Assembly: GCF_009834535.1 (NCBI RefSeq)
Contig: NC_045697.1
Coordinates: 110,362,001-110,426,000, forward strand
Reading direction: 5' to 3'
Origin: Camelus ferus
Taxonomy: Eukaryota
Length of the DNA: 64,000 nt
The translations under genes were made by a program, and so were the position numbers. Positions 23,742 to 45,914 of this stretch are shown one piece after another (position 1 is the stretch's first letter; every line of letters starts with the position of its first letter). Under the pieces are notes generated by a model. It worked only from the letters and a program-made list of their open reading frames with translations, searched no databases and had not been told where the DNA came from.

Positions 23742-23825
23742 GGGGGTGGTATAGCTCAGTGGTAGAACTCATGCTTAGCATGCGTGAGGTCCCAGGTTCA
23801 ATCCCCAATACCTCCATTAAAATTT
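23742..23825 (+). mobile_element. tRNA-Ala-derived SINE (camelid Vic-1-like)
   Basis: A box tagctcagtggtag, B box ggttcaatcc, ttagcat anticodon-like loop; three more copies in the window. Confidence 0.85.
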
Positions 23826-23849
23826 TTTTTAATTAAAAATTTCTTATAA

Positions 23850-24172
23850 AAAACTCACAGACATAGCAAACAAACTTATGGTTACCAGGGGAGAAATGGG
23901 GTGGGAAGGGATAAATTGGGAGTTCTAGATTTGCAGATACTAACTACTATATATAAAATAGATAAACAACAAGTTTATAATATATAGCACAGGGAACTAT
24001 ATTCCATATCTTGTAGTAACATATAATGAAAAAGAATATGAAAAGGAATATATGTATGTACATGTATGACTGAAACATGATGCTGTACACCAGAAACTGG
24101 CACAACATTGTAAACTGGCTATACTTCAATAAAAATAATATAAAATAAAATAAAATAATAAAATAAAATAAA
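23850..24172 (+). mobile_element. LINE-1 3'UTR fragment with a (TAAAA)n tail, joined to the upstream SINE
   Basis: Shared L1 tail; TSD gaacagtattggg at 23732-23744 and 24174-24186. Confidence 0.9.
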
Positions 24173-25096
24173 GGAACAGTATTGGGAGAAAGGAGGACAC
24201 TACTATGAGCAGCACAGTGACTAGTACAATGAAGGTGTCAATACATGTTGGTTGAATGAATGCCTCGTGCATACACGAATGAATGAGTGCTATAGACAAT
24301 GAGAATCAGTGTTTCTATTTTCTCAATGCCTCACAAGTTTTGGGCTGTATTCCTAGAAGCCGACTTACTGTTTTTTAATCTCCTCAATAGGATGCTTTTA
24401 AAATCAGGACTCATGAGAACGAGGAAGTGAAAGAATTAGGAAGGAAATGGTGACAAGGAAAGGAATCCAATGCTGATGCTCAGGACTTCGGAGCAACCAG
24501 ATCCTCCCCTCACAGAATTAGTCAATTACTCTACAAGATCAACCATCTGCCAGCTTTTGTAGACTCAGCTATTCCTCACAGACAGTTGGCGATTCCTGGT
24601 CTCTGGCTACTGAAGTAATGGCTTCATTCTGCTCACCTCTTTGTTCCCCAGTGCGGGGCTGAGCAGGTGGTTCCCTGGAGCTCTCTGCTCTGAGTTACAG
24701 TCCTCTCTGAGCGCCCACATATGGCCAAAGGATCCCAGAGCTAAAAGGCTTTGTTGGGAGAATCCCCAAACAGCCTTATGTCTCCAGCTGCACTTCGGGT
24801 ACCATGAACCTTGGTAATGTGATTATGACTTGTGTTTACATTTTTATATCAAATTTTGTTAGTTTGGCTGACTGTATTTTTCTGTATTTGTCTTATAACC
24901 CCTGGAGGTCAAAAGCCATGATTTCTCTTTCCTTTATAACTGCCCAAGAGTCAGGTATAATGTTTAGCACCAAGTATAATGTTTAGCATCAGCAACTACT
25001 GATGATTGCCCAACAGTAACTACGAAATCAAAGGAAAGTGATGATTTTTAACAGCCAGTAAAAGGTACCATGTGTCTGGTCTTAGGAAACAAAATG

Positions 25097-25102
25097 TTTA
25101 TT
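25097..25102 (-). terminator. FGG: PolyA signal AATAAA of the gamma-A mRNA
   Basis: tttatt ~185 nt downstream of the stop. Confidence 0.75.
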
Positions 25103-25284
25103 GAAATGGTATGTAGATAAATTACCGCCAGCATAAAACCATTAGTGGAGTTTTCAACATAGGTTCTTTTTACTCTTAAGATGAAGTGAGGCCTTGCAAG
25201 TCCATTGTTCCGTAGGAAAAATACTATATTTCTCTGTTCAGATAAAGTTCTTTAAAAAAAGTAAATCACTTTTGAAATGGTCTT

Positions 25285-33353
<8,069 letters not shown>

Positions 33354-33423
33354 GATGTCGGGGGTGCCCGGTGCTCCGAGCCCTGTATGTCAGAACTGTG
33401 GCCTCTTGGGTTCCTACTGCCCC

Positions 33424-33561
33424 TTTATTTAAGCCCAGAGGACGGCAGGACTGCCAGTGGCTGGGGCTGATCACGCGGCCTTCTTCCCAGGAGGGCGGGA
33501 TGTCCTTCCTGGCTCTTTTTCCTCATCTTGGCCCCCAACCAATGTTCCGTCAGGTTCCCAG
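33424..33561 (-). promoter_or_regulatory. FGG: FGG proximal promoter: TATA-like TTAAATAAA (33424-33432), USF-like E-box (33471-33478), CTGGGAA IL-6/STAT3 elements (33484-33490, 33555-33561), GC box (~33493-33499), CCAAT (33539-33543)
   Basis: Motifs read directly upstream of exon 1, consistent with known gamma-fibrinogen promoter elements. Confidence 0.7.
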
Positions 33562-33974
33562 ATTTTGCACACAGGTATCAGCTCCTCCTCTTTGGCTCAG
33601 CTCAACCTTTCTCCTCGAAGTCAAACCCATCTGCAAAGGCTAGTGAAGCATTAGCCATGGCTGTGAGGAGGGAGGGGCGCGTGGGAGGCTGTGTGATGCA
33701 ACCGCTTCCAGGACAGGGACTGGGGAGCAAACACAGCCAGCTGACCTCGACCAGATCAAACCCGCCCCAACCTTAAGATGGAGCCTGGTGCTGTAACCCA
33801 AATTACCCAAATTACCGCAAGTCCTTTCTTAGGCCAGGGATGAGGCAACATCATTATTTTTAACCTGTGGCTGTGGCAGGTGAAAACTTTGCCTTCTACC
33901 AGGTCTAAGTCAGGATTACCGGGAATGAATGACACTGGAAATATACCCCTGCCCCTCTATGTTGACCATTTTCT

Positions 33975-34480
33975 TTTTTTTTAATTGAAATACACTTGAC
34001 ATATAACAGTGCGTTAGTTTCAAATGTACAACATAATGATTTGATAGTTCTATGTATTAAACAGTGATCACTACAATACACCTAGTTAACACCTGTCACC
34101 ACACATAGTTATAAAATACTTTTTTTTCTTGTGATGTGAATTTTTAAAATCTACTCTTTTAGTAACTTTAAAATATGCAAAACAATATTATTAATTATAA
34201 TTACCATGCTGTATGTTACAACCCAGGACTGACTTGTTTATTTTTTAATTGAAGTACAGTCAGTTACAATGTGTCAATTTCTGGTGTACAGCACAATGTT
34301 TCAGTCATACATATACATACATGTATTTGTTTTCATATTCTTTTCCATTACAGGTTACTACAAGATACTGAATATAATTCTCTGTGCTATACAGTAGGAC
34401 CTTGCTGTTTATTTATTTTGTATACATAGGGGTTAGTATCTGCAAATATCAAATTACCAATTTATCCCTTCCCATCCCCT
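33975..34480 (-). mobile_element. Two adjacent LINE-1 3' fragments (~33975-34238 and ~34240-34480)
   Basis: Each starts with poly-T + aattgaa; the second matches the shared younger L1 tail. Confidence 0.85.
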
Positions 34481-34859
34481 TGTGTTTCTCCTTTTATGTG
34501 CTGCTCCCTCCGCCTGGATTGTCTTCACACACATGCCTGCATCTGTGGCTGTCAGAATCCTACACAACCTTAAGGTCTTGTTACATGATTCCTACTTCCT
34601 CCAAAACCAGAACTCAGGCAGCCAGCTTTACCTCCTCCATAGCATCTGCAGTGACCTCGTATTACATATGCCCATGCTTCATCCTCCTCATTAGAAGGTA
34701 AACTTATTTCGCAATATGTGACACTACAATGGTTTGATGACACTGAATGGAGCTGGGCTGGAAGTAAGCCTTTAAAGTTTACATTTCTAATAGCTCTCAA
34801 AACTTCCAAGTTGCAAAAAAGACAAAAAAAAAAAAAAGACTTCAGCAAGGGTAATTATG

Positions 34860-36065
34860 TAGAGGTAAATGAATAATCAATCAGAAAGTAGTTATTGGTA
34901 AGGTAGGTGTGTAAAAATTACTAGTTAAAAATCAATAGCTATCTTCTATAAAAGCAACAACCAGCTAAAATATATAATGGAAGAAAAAATTTGCACTTAT
35001 AACTTCAAACACATGCACACAACTAGATAAAATATCTAAGGAAAAATTTAACAAGAAATAGGCAGGATTGATACTATTAAAAATTCCAAACAATGCTATC
35101 AAGATCTAACATAAGAACTGGAAAAAATAAAAACCACGCTCAATTTCTAAATAAAAAGAATCAATAAAAATGCCAATTATTTCCATGATACTTCAGGACT
35201 ATATTGACATTCCAACAAAAATATGAAAAATATTTTTTCTTCTTTCTCCTTCCTTCTTTTTTTTAAGAATTAGATAAGCTGTTTCTAAAGCTCCAATATA
35301 AAGAAGAGAAAATTATCTTGGCAAATTCTAAACAAGCAGAAGGAAAATGAGGGCAAAAAATTTCCCAAATATTAAAACATTAGAAATCCATAACTTTTTA
35401 AACAACAGAATACTGGTCCATAGTAGGTAGAAAAATAAACATTATTGAGATATAGACCTTCATATATTTTTGTGTTTAGTATGAACAAGTTGGCATTGCA
35501 GATCAGGGATGATGGAAAAAAATTATTCAATATGTGGCACTAGTTGGAAACAATTTGAGAAGCTATCTGGGGTAAAAAAAAATAAGTGGCGTGCATACCT
35601 AACTTTTTATGCCAAAACAAGTTCAGTTTGAACAAATATTTGAATATCAGAATAGAAACCACAAAAACACTAGAAGAAAACATGATAGAAATCATTCATA
35701 ATACTTGAGTATGGAGGGTCTATCTACATATGACACAAAACCCCAGAAGAAACTAATGAATTTTGACACATAAAATTATTTCTTCCCAGCTGACAAAACA
35801 ACCCCCTCAAAACCATTATATACAAAAATCAAAAGCATAATACAAAGAGACAACAGAATGTATATACGTACGTGTTGGCATACACATTAAACATTTCAAG
35901 ATCACATACAATAGAAGTCTACTGGCGTTTTCCTCTGTGGAGAGGTGTGGGTGGGAGGTTGAAAGACAAGGTTGGGGAAAAGGCTTCATTTTCTCTGTAT
36001 ACTCTGTATCTGTAGAATTTTGAATATATGCACACGTTACCTACCCTTATACAAATTAAAATATG
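34860..36065 (+). mobile_element. Old LINE-1 (L1ME-like) fragments
   Basis: A-rich L1 ORF2-like phrases (aaaaatcaatagctatcttctat, ctagaagaaaacat); degraded. Confidence 0.65.
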
Positions 36066-39000
36066 AAACTATTGATCACAATAATTTATTTGTTTTACTA
36101 GTAATTATTTCTTGATTATTTCTTATTTGAATATAAAAGGCATTGCCTTTTAGGTGAGTATAGCCCAGCTGGGAAACATATGCCTAAGTAATTGCTAAGA
36201 TCTCTGGAGTCCATGTGCCTGGGTATCAATCTCATCTCTCTACAACTTACTGTTTTCTCTTAGTACAAGTTACTTAACTTCTCTGAGTTTTAATATCGTG
36301 TTGGTAAAATAGAAATAATATTTATAACATGGTATCTCCTTCATAAGACTGGTACCAGGAATGAATGAAATAATGTATCGAGCATATTTCCTGACCCACA
36401 GAGGGTATTCAGTAAATGTTCATAAGGCTTATGAATTAGCAGATGCTTTAAAGTGACAATTGGTACTTGTATAAATAGGTATTTCATTTCAAAGAATTGT
36501 AAGAGGGGGACCCTCATGGGGATCAAGCTCTGTTGTTCCAGGAGTAGAAAGTGCTCCTTAATACATGATCCATTGCAACTAACAGCAAGCTGCTTCTGCC
36601 ATGCTCCCCAGAGGAGAGAGCAACTTGTTGTCTAGATTAGGAGGAAATGCCACCTAAATTAATTCCACTTATCAAAGATGAAATGATAATAGAATTAGAC
36701 TGCTCGCCTTATGGAAATATATACTTGCTAACAGTAAGCGTGTCAGACAGGAGCATTTTGTTACTGTAGTTCATTTTGCTGAAAAGCATAAAGTATTGAT
36801 TTATTGAATTTCAGTTGACAGTTCATAACTGTTAAATCTTATATATGTATGTATATATAATATAATTTCATATGCACAAGGTTGATAAACACTTAAACTG
36901 AGGAAATCAGAAATTCTATGTTATCCAGTTTTAGAAGTGTAGTGTATTCTGGGCTTTTGCTGACTTCCATTAGAATTTCAGATGTGTTATCACAATTTTA
37001 GAGAAAAGATTTTTTTTTTTTTTTACCACAGTCATAAGTCCTAAATCAGAATCCGATCAGATAAGATGCTCTCTGACAGAAAATAGCCAGCAGTGGCTTA
37101 GTGACCTGGACTGGCCTTGCTGTCAGTTACTTAGGCTTGTTAAATTTTAACTAGTTGTTCTCTTCTATGTTTGGAGCAACTTTTTTCTCTGAAAACTTAT
37201 AAATGATTAATGAATTCCAGGAAAGAAGAGTATTTCTTAAATCAAATTTTCCTTCACTTCCAAGTTGGTTTTCTAAGAAGATAGAATAGGCAATATTTAA
37301 GCCAAAATAATCACTTTATTTAATTCAGAGGTCAAGGGGCTTGCTTACTGAAATAATTTCCCAAATTGCCTGTTTGTGTTCTGATTTAAAAAATATAACA
37401 TCTATTGTTAACAGTCTTCATGTATATTGAGCCCTTTTCCTGCTCACAAGTCTGTTTGCTGAATTTGAATTTGATTGTGGAGAGTTAATTTAAGACTTCC
37501 TGACCTGTGGCAAATGATACAGGCCTGGGGAGTAACAGAAAGAGCCACTGATTTCGAGCATCTTCTTAATGTTTGATGTCCTGCTGTAGTTTCGTTGATG
37601 CTGTTTTATTTTTTCTCTCATTTAATCCTCACAAAAGGCTAGGAGGGAAATTTGATCCTCTGTATGTTATGAATGAAGAAAGAGAGTCCTTGAGAGGTGA
37701 TGGTGATACAAGGCATGGTGCCAGAATAGGGTTCCAAACCCATGAGCCCTACGCCTGAACTCTTAACCATGACTGTAGATATAATCACGAAGCACTTCTT
37801 AATCTAAGGTGATCTACAGATACAAGATGTTATTATGAGAATCAAAGCTATTCACTGATGGAACGGGTTCCTAGTGGAGTTTAAGGATTTAAAAAAATAC
37901 TGTGTGTATGGATACGTGTGTGTGTCTGTATGCGTGTGAACATATCTTTACATCTAATTTACCTATCTAATCTGCTTATCTGTCTTCTTCTCTGGATTAG
38001 AAACAAGGTTGGCCGTCACATTCTTTCTCAAACCTGGATTTTAGTTGTTTTATCAGGCTTGTGTTTTCAGTCCAGTTTTACATGGAAGGTATTTTTCAGT
38101 GCTGACGACATGGTTCAAGTTCAACAGGACCTGATGAATTGAATTCTCTCAGTAGCTGAAAGGAAGATACATCAGTAAGGTGGTCCAAGGAAGCTCGAAT
38201 CAATGCTGAGTGTGATATGTCTATTTTTCTAATAACTAAACCATGTCTAGATCTAAGCTAAATTTATAGCCTAACTCCTCGGAATTGGATTTTTTCAAAA
38301 TAGGCAGAAAGAAAATGACCTGTTGACGCTGTTGAAAATCAATCCAACCTAATAGTAAAAATATCCCACTAAGGGAAACAAAGATGTCTGTTAGAATATT
38401 TGCTTTGTTCATAAAAAGAGTCCAGGGAAAGTGAAACTGAAAATGTTTTCTTGATGGTCTGTGAACACTGTGTTTTCAGTTTCACTATGTAAATCAGAAA
38501 CAGAAAAACTACATGGGGCACGTAATGTGGAGTTGCCCCTGGAGGCAGGGCAACACCCGGGTCCTGAGCTTCTTGACTTCGCAAAGCTTCACTGGGTGTA
38601 TCCATTGGTGCATCTGGCTGAGGGGCAGGGTTGTTCAAAAAGTGCTATGAATTGGATTTAGGAAATTAAACAACTGAGTGCCTAAAGACAGAAGGATCAT
38701 CCTAATCAGAATTACAGCCAGAGCCCCAAATGCCCAAGAATCAGCCATTTTAAATACTGGCAGGAGGTTGAGGACACAGATTGGAAATTGGAATGGAGAA
38801 GTTAGATTTAAGTGCTTGCTGTGCCAAACTGGTCTGTTACTGACTTCCTGGTTTGTATGTTTCTATCTTCATGAAATTTGCAATTTGAGATCCCTTTCCC
38901 CGTGACAGAATATTCACGACTAATTTTTATTCTTCCTGTTTGAGAAATTCTGGTCATTTTGTCCCATAAATTATCTCTGGAAATTATCTGGGAAAATTAC

Positions 39001-40265
39001 ATGCTTCCAAAGAAGGAGGGAAGGTAAGAAGAATAGAAAATGCTGTCAGACCAACACAGTGATTCATCTTATCCTGCTTAATGCCCACGTTTACTCTAAC
39101 CTTCAATCTTGAATGAGGGCAAATAAACATTTATAAGGTTTGTTATCTCTGTTTTAAATTCTAACTACTCGGGTTAGTATACTAGTTTACGGTGGTCACA
39201 ACTTAGTCCTTTCCACTCAAAGTTAGACACTGTGTATAAAGAAAAGAAGATACTGTGTGTAAAGGCTAACTTCTTATCAGCACCATGAAGGCCCTTGCTG
39301 CGTCCCTGCAAGGGACACGTGTTGCTACCCCTCTTCAAGCACAGATGCTCTGTATGCTTTACCTTGAGTGATGGAGCAGTGACCTCCGCTCCGGTAAACA
39401 AAGATACGATTTGTAAAAGTCCAAATATTTACTGAATGTTTTGCAAGGAAGACCAGAGTGTAAAGCATACTCTGGTGTGATAACAACTGTGTCAGCAGGT
39501 AACTGAAGAACAGCCTGCCTGCAGGGCTCACTAGGAAAAGCCTACCCGTTCGGGAACAAAATCGGTCAGAATTCAGAACATCATGTTTCATATTTTATAA
39601 ACAAGACCAAGGAAATCCCATTTACCAAGATCCGGGAAACCAATTGCCTAACCGCACATCCCTCGAGGTCAGAAAACCATCCGACAGGCTCATTTCCGCA
39701 CCTCCTGCAGGTCTCACCCTATGTGCTATACTAGGTGAATTTCTCCATCAGCACTTCGATATTTAATTGTACACCATCTGGGTGTGGAAGGCCCCTTCTC
39801 CACACCCTCCTCATCTCCTCCTCATATGGTAAACTGCCTCTAGTTCTGACACACGGATTTTGTAGAATTATCCTAGGAAAATGCCCGAAGCCATGCTTAA
39901 TCAGATGTGGTGAGAGGGCCGCTCAACACTTCGCTCTGAGCTCCTCCAGTCACTACTCAGATCACATACTTAGTGAGCACGTACTGCTTTCCAGGCCCTC
40001 CTTGCCCAGCACAGTGAACAAAATAAACAAAATCCCTGCTCTTAAGAAGTTTACACTCCAATGGAGAGAAAGAGGCGATAAATAGCATATTATGTAACGT
40101 CAATTAGTGACAAAGGCTGTGAACAAGAGCAGAGAGGGCTTTGGAGCATGAGGGAGGCTCCAGGAGGTGCTGGCTGAGGTCTGGTGATCTGAGAACCACT
40201 CCACAGGGCGTCAGGACTTTGCTGGGTTAGGGTGGGCAAGTCCCAAATCTCCTGGCCGGCTCACC

Positions 40266-40283
40266 GCTGCCCCCTGCAGGCCA
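40266..40283 (-). promoter_or_regulatory. CTCF-like motif TGGCCTGCAGGGGGCAGC
   Basis: Matches the CTCF core consensus CCASYAGRKGGCRS with one mismatch. Confidence 0.55.
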
Positions 40284-42109
40284 CCTGGAGGGTGGGTGGT
40301 TTGAAGTCAACATACATTTTGTTTTGATTAAGGGGCTTGTCAGAAATTTGACAAAGCCCTGAGTGAGCATAAAGTAGAAGAATCCTGGGAAAGTTAGCCC
40401 GAGAGCACCACGAAGTCCATCTTCTCATTACTGTTGGGACCGTACCCTTTCATGGGGCTGTGATGGTGTCATTTTCCTCATCAAAGCTTCCCAGGACTCC
40501 TTATCTCCTATCTTGTTAAATACAAACTTCTCAGCCTTGTGTTTAAGCTTCTCTACAAAAACATGCCAAATGGAACTTACTAGCCAGAGCTTCTAAACTG
40601 AAGTGAGGCATCAGAATCCTATACAATTTTAAAATATTAGCATAATCCTGTTATAATTAATTAAAATAAATTTTACACAAGCCCAGTGGAGGCAAGGATT
40701 TCTTTTTATCTTCTGTCATCTGCAGCACATCAACAAATATTTGTTGAATAAATCAAATGTATTTCACATAAATATTACTAAATGCTAAATATTACGGAAA
40801 CACGGAAATAAAATAGTAAAATGCAGTTTGAGGCGCAGCACATGGCCAGTAAGAAGCTTAGAAGATGAGTCAAGAAAAGAAAAGGCAAAGTACACCAGCC
40901 TCAAAAGCATCTGTCTCAAAGCAAAATCTGTCCCCAGAGGTAGCAAAACTGTCGGCAGGTCAGTTATAAAACCGGCAGGGGCAGAGCGGCTGCCCACGGC
41001 TGAACCCTGGTGATTCTTCTGTGACTCCATCTGAGTGACATCAGGAAGGGAGAGGGACATTCACTGTGGCATTGTGACAAGGAGGACCTTGTTTAATTTT
41101 TGGAAAACAAAAGCAAAACTATGTAGCACTTGAAAACAAGGCCAAGTTTGAATGATGTCTGTAAAACAGGCTGGACAAATCCCAAAACCCCACCATGCTA
41201 GGAAGTTTCTAGAACCCAATGGTCTCAGCCTCTCTGGATCCATTCTATGAAGTGTGAGGAGAGGAGGCTTCACACAGGCCTCTGAGCTTTTCCGTCTTGC
41301 CTGGAACAAGTGGGTTCTGACCGAGCAGTACCGCGTTGTGGAAGTTGAGTAAAACGGGATTGGGAATGAGGGAACTGGGACAGCATTGCGGCTGGGAGCT
41401 CCCCGGAGCACTAGCACTCACTTAAGAAAGACGTCTGGTGCACACAGGACTCGGTGCGTGTGCGAGGTGACGAAAGCCAGGGACTTTTCTGCCCCTTCCC
41501 TTAGGCTTGTCTGTCCTGGCCTGGGCTCTAGCTGAGCTCACCCAACTGCACCACGACTGTGACCAAGAAGAGGGGTCACGGCCTTCACTTGGGAAGCTCT
41601 TGCAGGATTTCTGGCTCCCCAGCCTGCTCCTCTCTGCAACTACGCTTTGTGCAGCTACAGTGAGCGTCTGACGGCCACCCCGTCTGCTGTGTGGAGCCGC
41701 ACCGGCGCCTCCTGCCCTGGCCCAGCTGCCTAGGGTGTGTGGGGCCTTCTTCCTCCTTTCAAGATTCCCTGCCTACCCTCTGCTCTCCCAAGAACAGGGT
41801 CCTAAGCACTCATCTGTAGTGAAGTGTGAATGAGTGATCTGGCCTGTGGTGGTACATCGACCAAGACTGAAATTTCAACTTGAGCTAAAACTGGAAACCA
41901 AAGATATGGACTTGGAAAGATAGAATTTTAGGAAACGCTCAGCTATTGGGAGAGAATTGTGGGATCAAATATCACAGCTGAGGTGATGAATTTAAGAGTA
42001 GTTGATAAAGAAATTTCATGGTGTAAGGACAATATTTTATTTCTATGTTAAGTATATAGAAAGTATAAAATTCTATAGAATTTCTATTAAGTATAGAAAG
42101 TATACTTTT

Positions 42110-42275
42110 TTTATTAATAGATTTAATTTTTTTAGAGCAGTTTCAGGTTCACAGTGGAATTGAGCTGAAAATACAGAGAGTTCACACACAGCCCCCCCCC
42201 CCCCCGCATATATACTCCTCTACCCTCAGCATCCCTCATCAGTGGGGCGAGTTTGGTACAATTGATGAACCAAGA
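42110..42275 (-). mobile_element. Older LINE-1 3' fragment with a poly-C run
   Basis: tttttagagcagtttcaggttcacag...tacaattgatgaacca. Confidence 0.7.
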
Positions 42276-42321
42276 AAGTTTACTTTTTTCTATGTGATTA
42301 TTTCTTAAAAATGCTCCTTAG

Positions 42322-42703
42322 TAAGCCAGAAAGAGACAGAAAAATACCATATGATATCACTCATGTGGAATCTAAAAGAAAGAAAGAAAAAAAAGAGGAC
42401 ACTAATGAACTCACCTACAGACTTGCAGACATAGTAAACAGCCTTGTGGTTACTGGGGGGGAAAGGGGTATTTGGGAGTTTGAGGTTTGCAAACATTAAC
42501 TACTCTACATAAAAATAGATAAAAAACAAATTTCTTCTATATAGCACAGGGAACTATATTCAATATATTGTAATAACTTATAATGAAAAAAGAATATGAA
42601 AATGAATATATGTACGTATATGTATGAGTGGGACGTTGTGCTGTGCACCAGAGATTGACACATTGTAACTGTACCTCAATAAAAAAAAGGCTAAATAATG
42701 TTA
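42322..42703 (+). mobile_element. LINE-1 3'UTR fragment with a 17-bp TSD
   Basis: TSD ttaaaaatgctccttag (42305-42321) / ttaaaaatactccttag (42704-42720). Confidence 0.9.
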
Positions 42704-43328
42704 TTAAAAATACTCCTTAGATTTTTGTTTTATTTTGTTTAAAAATGCAGATTCCTCAGCCTCTTTCTAAATCTACTGAATCAGACTATCTGGGACTACA
42801 GGAATCCGTATTTTATTCACAAGCTTCCCCAGATGATTGCTCTGCATAGGAAAGTAGGAGGACCATTCCTTCACACTTTGCGGAAGAGTAATCACGCCAG
42901 CTTTCCATAAGGAGGCCTGATTTCTACTCGGCAATCTCAAAGCTCACGTAATTCCTCTTTGCTATATTTTATTCTGAAGGCATGGGAAATCATTTCTTGT
43001 GGCACAAAGAATAATTAAAAAAAACTGCATCAGTTTGTTCTATTGAAGCTAAAGATTAGATTTCTGGTAATTCAATTTATTGGTATGTACTGCTTTATGA
43101 GTATTGCCTTAATGCTGCCAAAAGAATGGAAGTAGACAGGTGCCCAGTCTAACACCTTAACGCACTGCAGAAGCCCTTGCACGTAGAAGGTGTTCAAGAA
43201 ATAGTTTGGAGAGATTCAGGCCCTTGCCAGAAATAGACTAGAAAGACTTAGGGAAGGACTGAACTGGGAGGAGGTGGAAGGGAGGGAAGGGTCAAAGATA
43301 GTAACTCCGAGGACAAGGGGAGATGGGA

Positions 43329-43738
43329 TGTTAGGGAAATGACAGGCCAGCCAAGAAACAAGCACCACTCGGAGGGTTGGTGTACTCAGATTTAGTACGC
43401 CGGCAGGCTCAGAGGGGCTTCTGCTCCGAAGCTCTGAGCACCTCCAAGACGTGCGCATGAGGTTTTATAGGGTTAATTACAAGTATGGGGCTATTAGCCA
43501 ATAAGGTTTAAACAACAAAAAGCAAGGAATCAGTACACTGGAGCTTATCAATTCGGAACAGATCACGTTACTGACACTTGTTGAGCTTGGATTTATGAGT
43601 TAGCTTGTTAGCCCAGTAAACTGACACTAAACTTCAGATTTACGAGTTAGCCCGGCAGAACTTATATCAGTAAACCGACACTTATCACACTTAGATTTGT
43701 GACTTAGCTCATTAGCCCATCTGGGCTTTTCCTTCACA
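43329..43738 (-). mobile_element. Solo ERV LTR (~410 bp)
   Basis: TGT...ACA termini, TATAAAA on the minus strand (~43464-43470), internal tandem enhancer-like repeats (cagtaaac-gacact...agattt). Confidence 0.7.
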
Positions 43739-44512
43739 GGAGACCATTCGCAGAAACAGGAAAACAGGAAGAGAAAAGAGGCGCCCAATTTCCAACGCTT
43801 TAAGCTTGAGCAGTAGTGAGGCCTCCAGTGGGTAGTGGCATCGAAATGCTGGAGACAGAGCTTTGGGAATGAGAACGGATGTTGAGTAGATGGAAGGCAG
43901 TGAGAGTTTCCTGGAAAAAAATACTGTGTGACAATAAAAGGGCCTGAGGACAGAACTTGGACCTAAACTTAAGGCTAACAGAACAGACAGACAAGGAAAG
44001 AACAGCTCTGTCCCTGACACAGGTCCCAGTCCTACAGGTGGTGGAGACTTTCCTGTCTCCAAAGTGGAATCCGTTGGACTTGACTTCCTCTATTTAGATG
44101 GGCCTTGGAATGCTTTCAAGTGAGAAAATAATAAACGATATTATAGAGACAGAACCTTTTCTGTTGGATGATATATCCAATAATACAGAGTGAGTAGTGG
44201 AGCGGTCGTTTTAGGAATTCCACACCCTATGAAGCCAGGAGCAGGCAGGCGGCCTAGTAAACAGAGTTTGTTCCTCAGTGTATCCTTGTGACATTCATCT
44301 CCTAGTAGTGCTGAATTTCCCAAGGGGCTTGGAGGAATCCGCTGGATGGCACAGTGAATGGGTCTAATATCGAGTGTGTATGTCATTGCAGATGTCCGTG
44401 ATTACATAGCGTTTATGAAAGCTTGTGATCAGAATATAGGAACTTAGAAAAGTATGCTCTATTTTCAGGCCCTAGGTTGGAAGACAGACCCTCTCTGATA
44501 TGTAATGTAATG

Positions 44513-44526
44513 GCGCCACCTGCTGG
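44513..44526 (-). promoter_or_regulatory. CTCF motif CCAGCAGGTGGCGC
   Basis: Perfect core consensus match with an intact CpG. Confidence 0.7.
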
Positions 44527-45914
44527 TGAAATTATTTCACTATTAGAGGAAAACCACGCACACACCCATCCACTTGAAGTGCCTCGGATTCTTGTAGATG
44601 AAATATCCTCCTAGTCACTCTTTCTGCGTGCATATAATTTACTGTCGGAATGTTAGATTTCTCTGCTTTGGTGCTGATGAGCGGATGGTAAGAAAGGAAT
44701 CAATCATCAGCCAATGTCAATGACCACCACTTAAAGTGGGTCCTCTGGTCAGAGCCCTGAACTCAGAATTTGGATGTGCATCAGTCTGGGCCTGGTGGAG
44801 CTGTGGATACAGAGTGTGTTTGCTTGTACCACCTACTGGGTCTTAGGATGTTACATAAATAAGCCAAGATGGTCCCTGTACATTGGCCCCTGGGTTATTG
44901 TGAAGGCAATAGGCTAGGACCCATGAGCTCAAAAGCCTATGGGCACTGAGCCAAATGTTCATATTTATGACAAATTTGATGGTTTTGAACACAGCCTAAA
45001 AAAGTAGGTTTTTAGCTGTTTATAAGCAGTATGCTTTGCATACCCTGAGAAATTGCATCTAACATCTCCTAGACAGAGACGAGAGAAACTCTGTAGCTAT
45101 TAGAGACCTGCTCTGGGGCTGCCCTTTGGAGCACCAGGTTCTCTGAAACTCCCAGAGGGGCAGAGGGGCTGCTGAACCCCCTCTCCTAGACATGTGAGTC
45201 CCTCTCCCATCCCCCTCTCCCTGGGAGTTCCCTCACCCTCCCATTCTTCTGGGTGGTCACCCTGTTGGGCCGTAGCCTCTGATGGTCCCACGCTGTGTGG
45301 GACTCCCCTCCCTGCCTCCCACAAGCAAACCTATCAAAGTGTTGCCCAAAACCTCATGGTCTTATTTTTATCTTGATCAGCCCCCAAATCCCTCCAACTC
45401 ACTATATTGGGCAAGAGAGGCAGGAAGAAAGAAATACACTTCATAAATGGACGTAAATCAAGTTGTTATGTGGTCATGGCCGTACACATCCTCTGTGCTT
45501 CCTCTTGGATTGCTCTTGTTCTGCTGCAGAAAGCAACACAGTTTCCTAAATAGGAGCACAAAGGGCTTGGTGGTACTGGTGCCCTGGCTCTCCCTTCCCA
45601 AAGTGTCCCAGAGGCCTGGCCACAAAGAGGATGAAGGTGCACAGTGCAGAGATGCTTTAAATATGCTGTTCCCTCCTCGGAGAAGAGATGGCTGCTCCTT
45701 CATCTAACTCTGAGTTTGGTCAAAGGCCCCTGTGTTCTTGGTCTCTTTAGTGGAGGGCAGGATTGGTGAAGCTGCTTGGAGAAAAGATCCAGCCCAGCAT
45801 TAGGTCAGAGAAAGGGTACTGAAGGTCTGAGCCTAAAGCCCAAGGGCTCAGTATTTGAAGGTTATGAAAGCTTCATACACTTTCTAAGTAATTCCTTCTC
45901 TCTCTGCATGGTTG

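Noticed and set aside
23742..23815. tRNA-Ala-like sequence (also at 30311, 49160 and 61410)
   Set aside because: Mismatched stems, A-rich tails, TSDs and multiple diverged copies indicate SINEs, not tRNA genes
42040..42110. AT-rich duplicated and palindromic stretch (aaattctatagaattt)
   Set aside because: Low complexity next to an L1 tail; likely a slippage product
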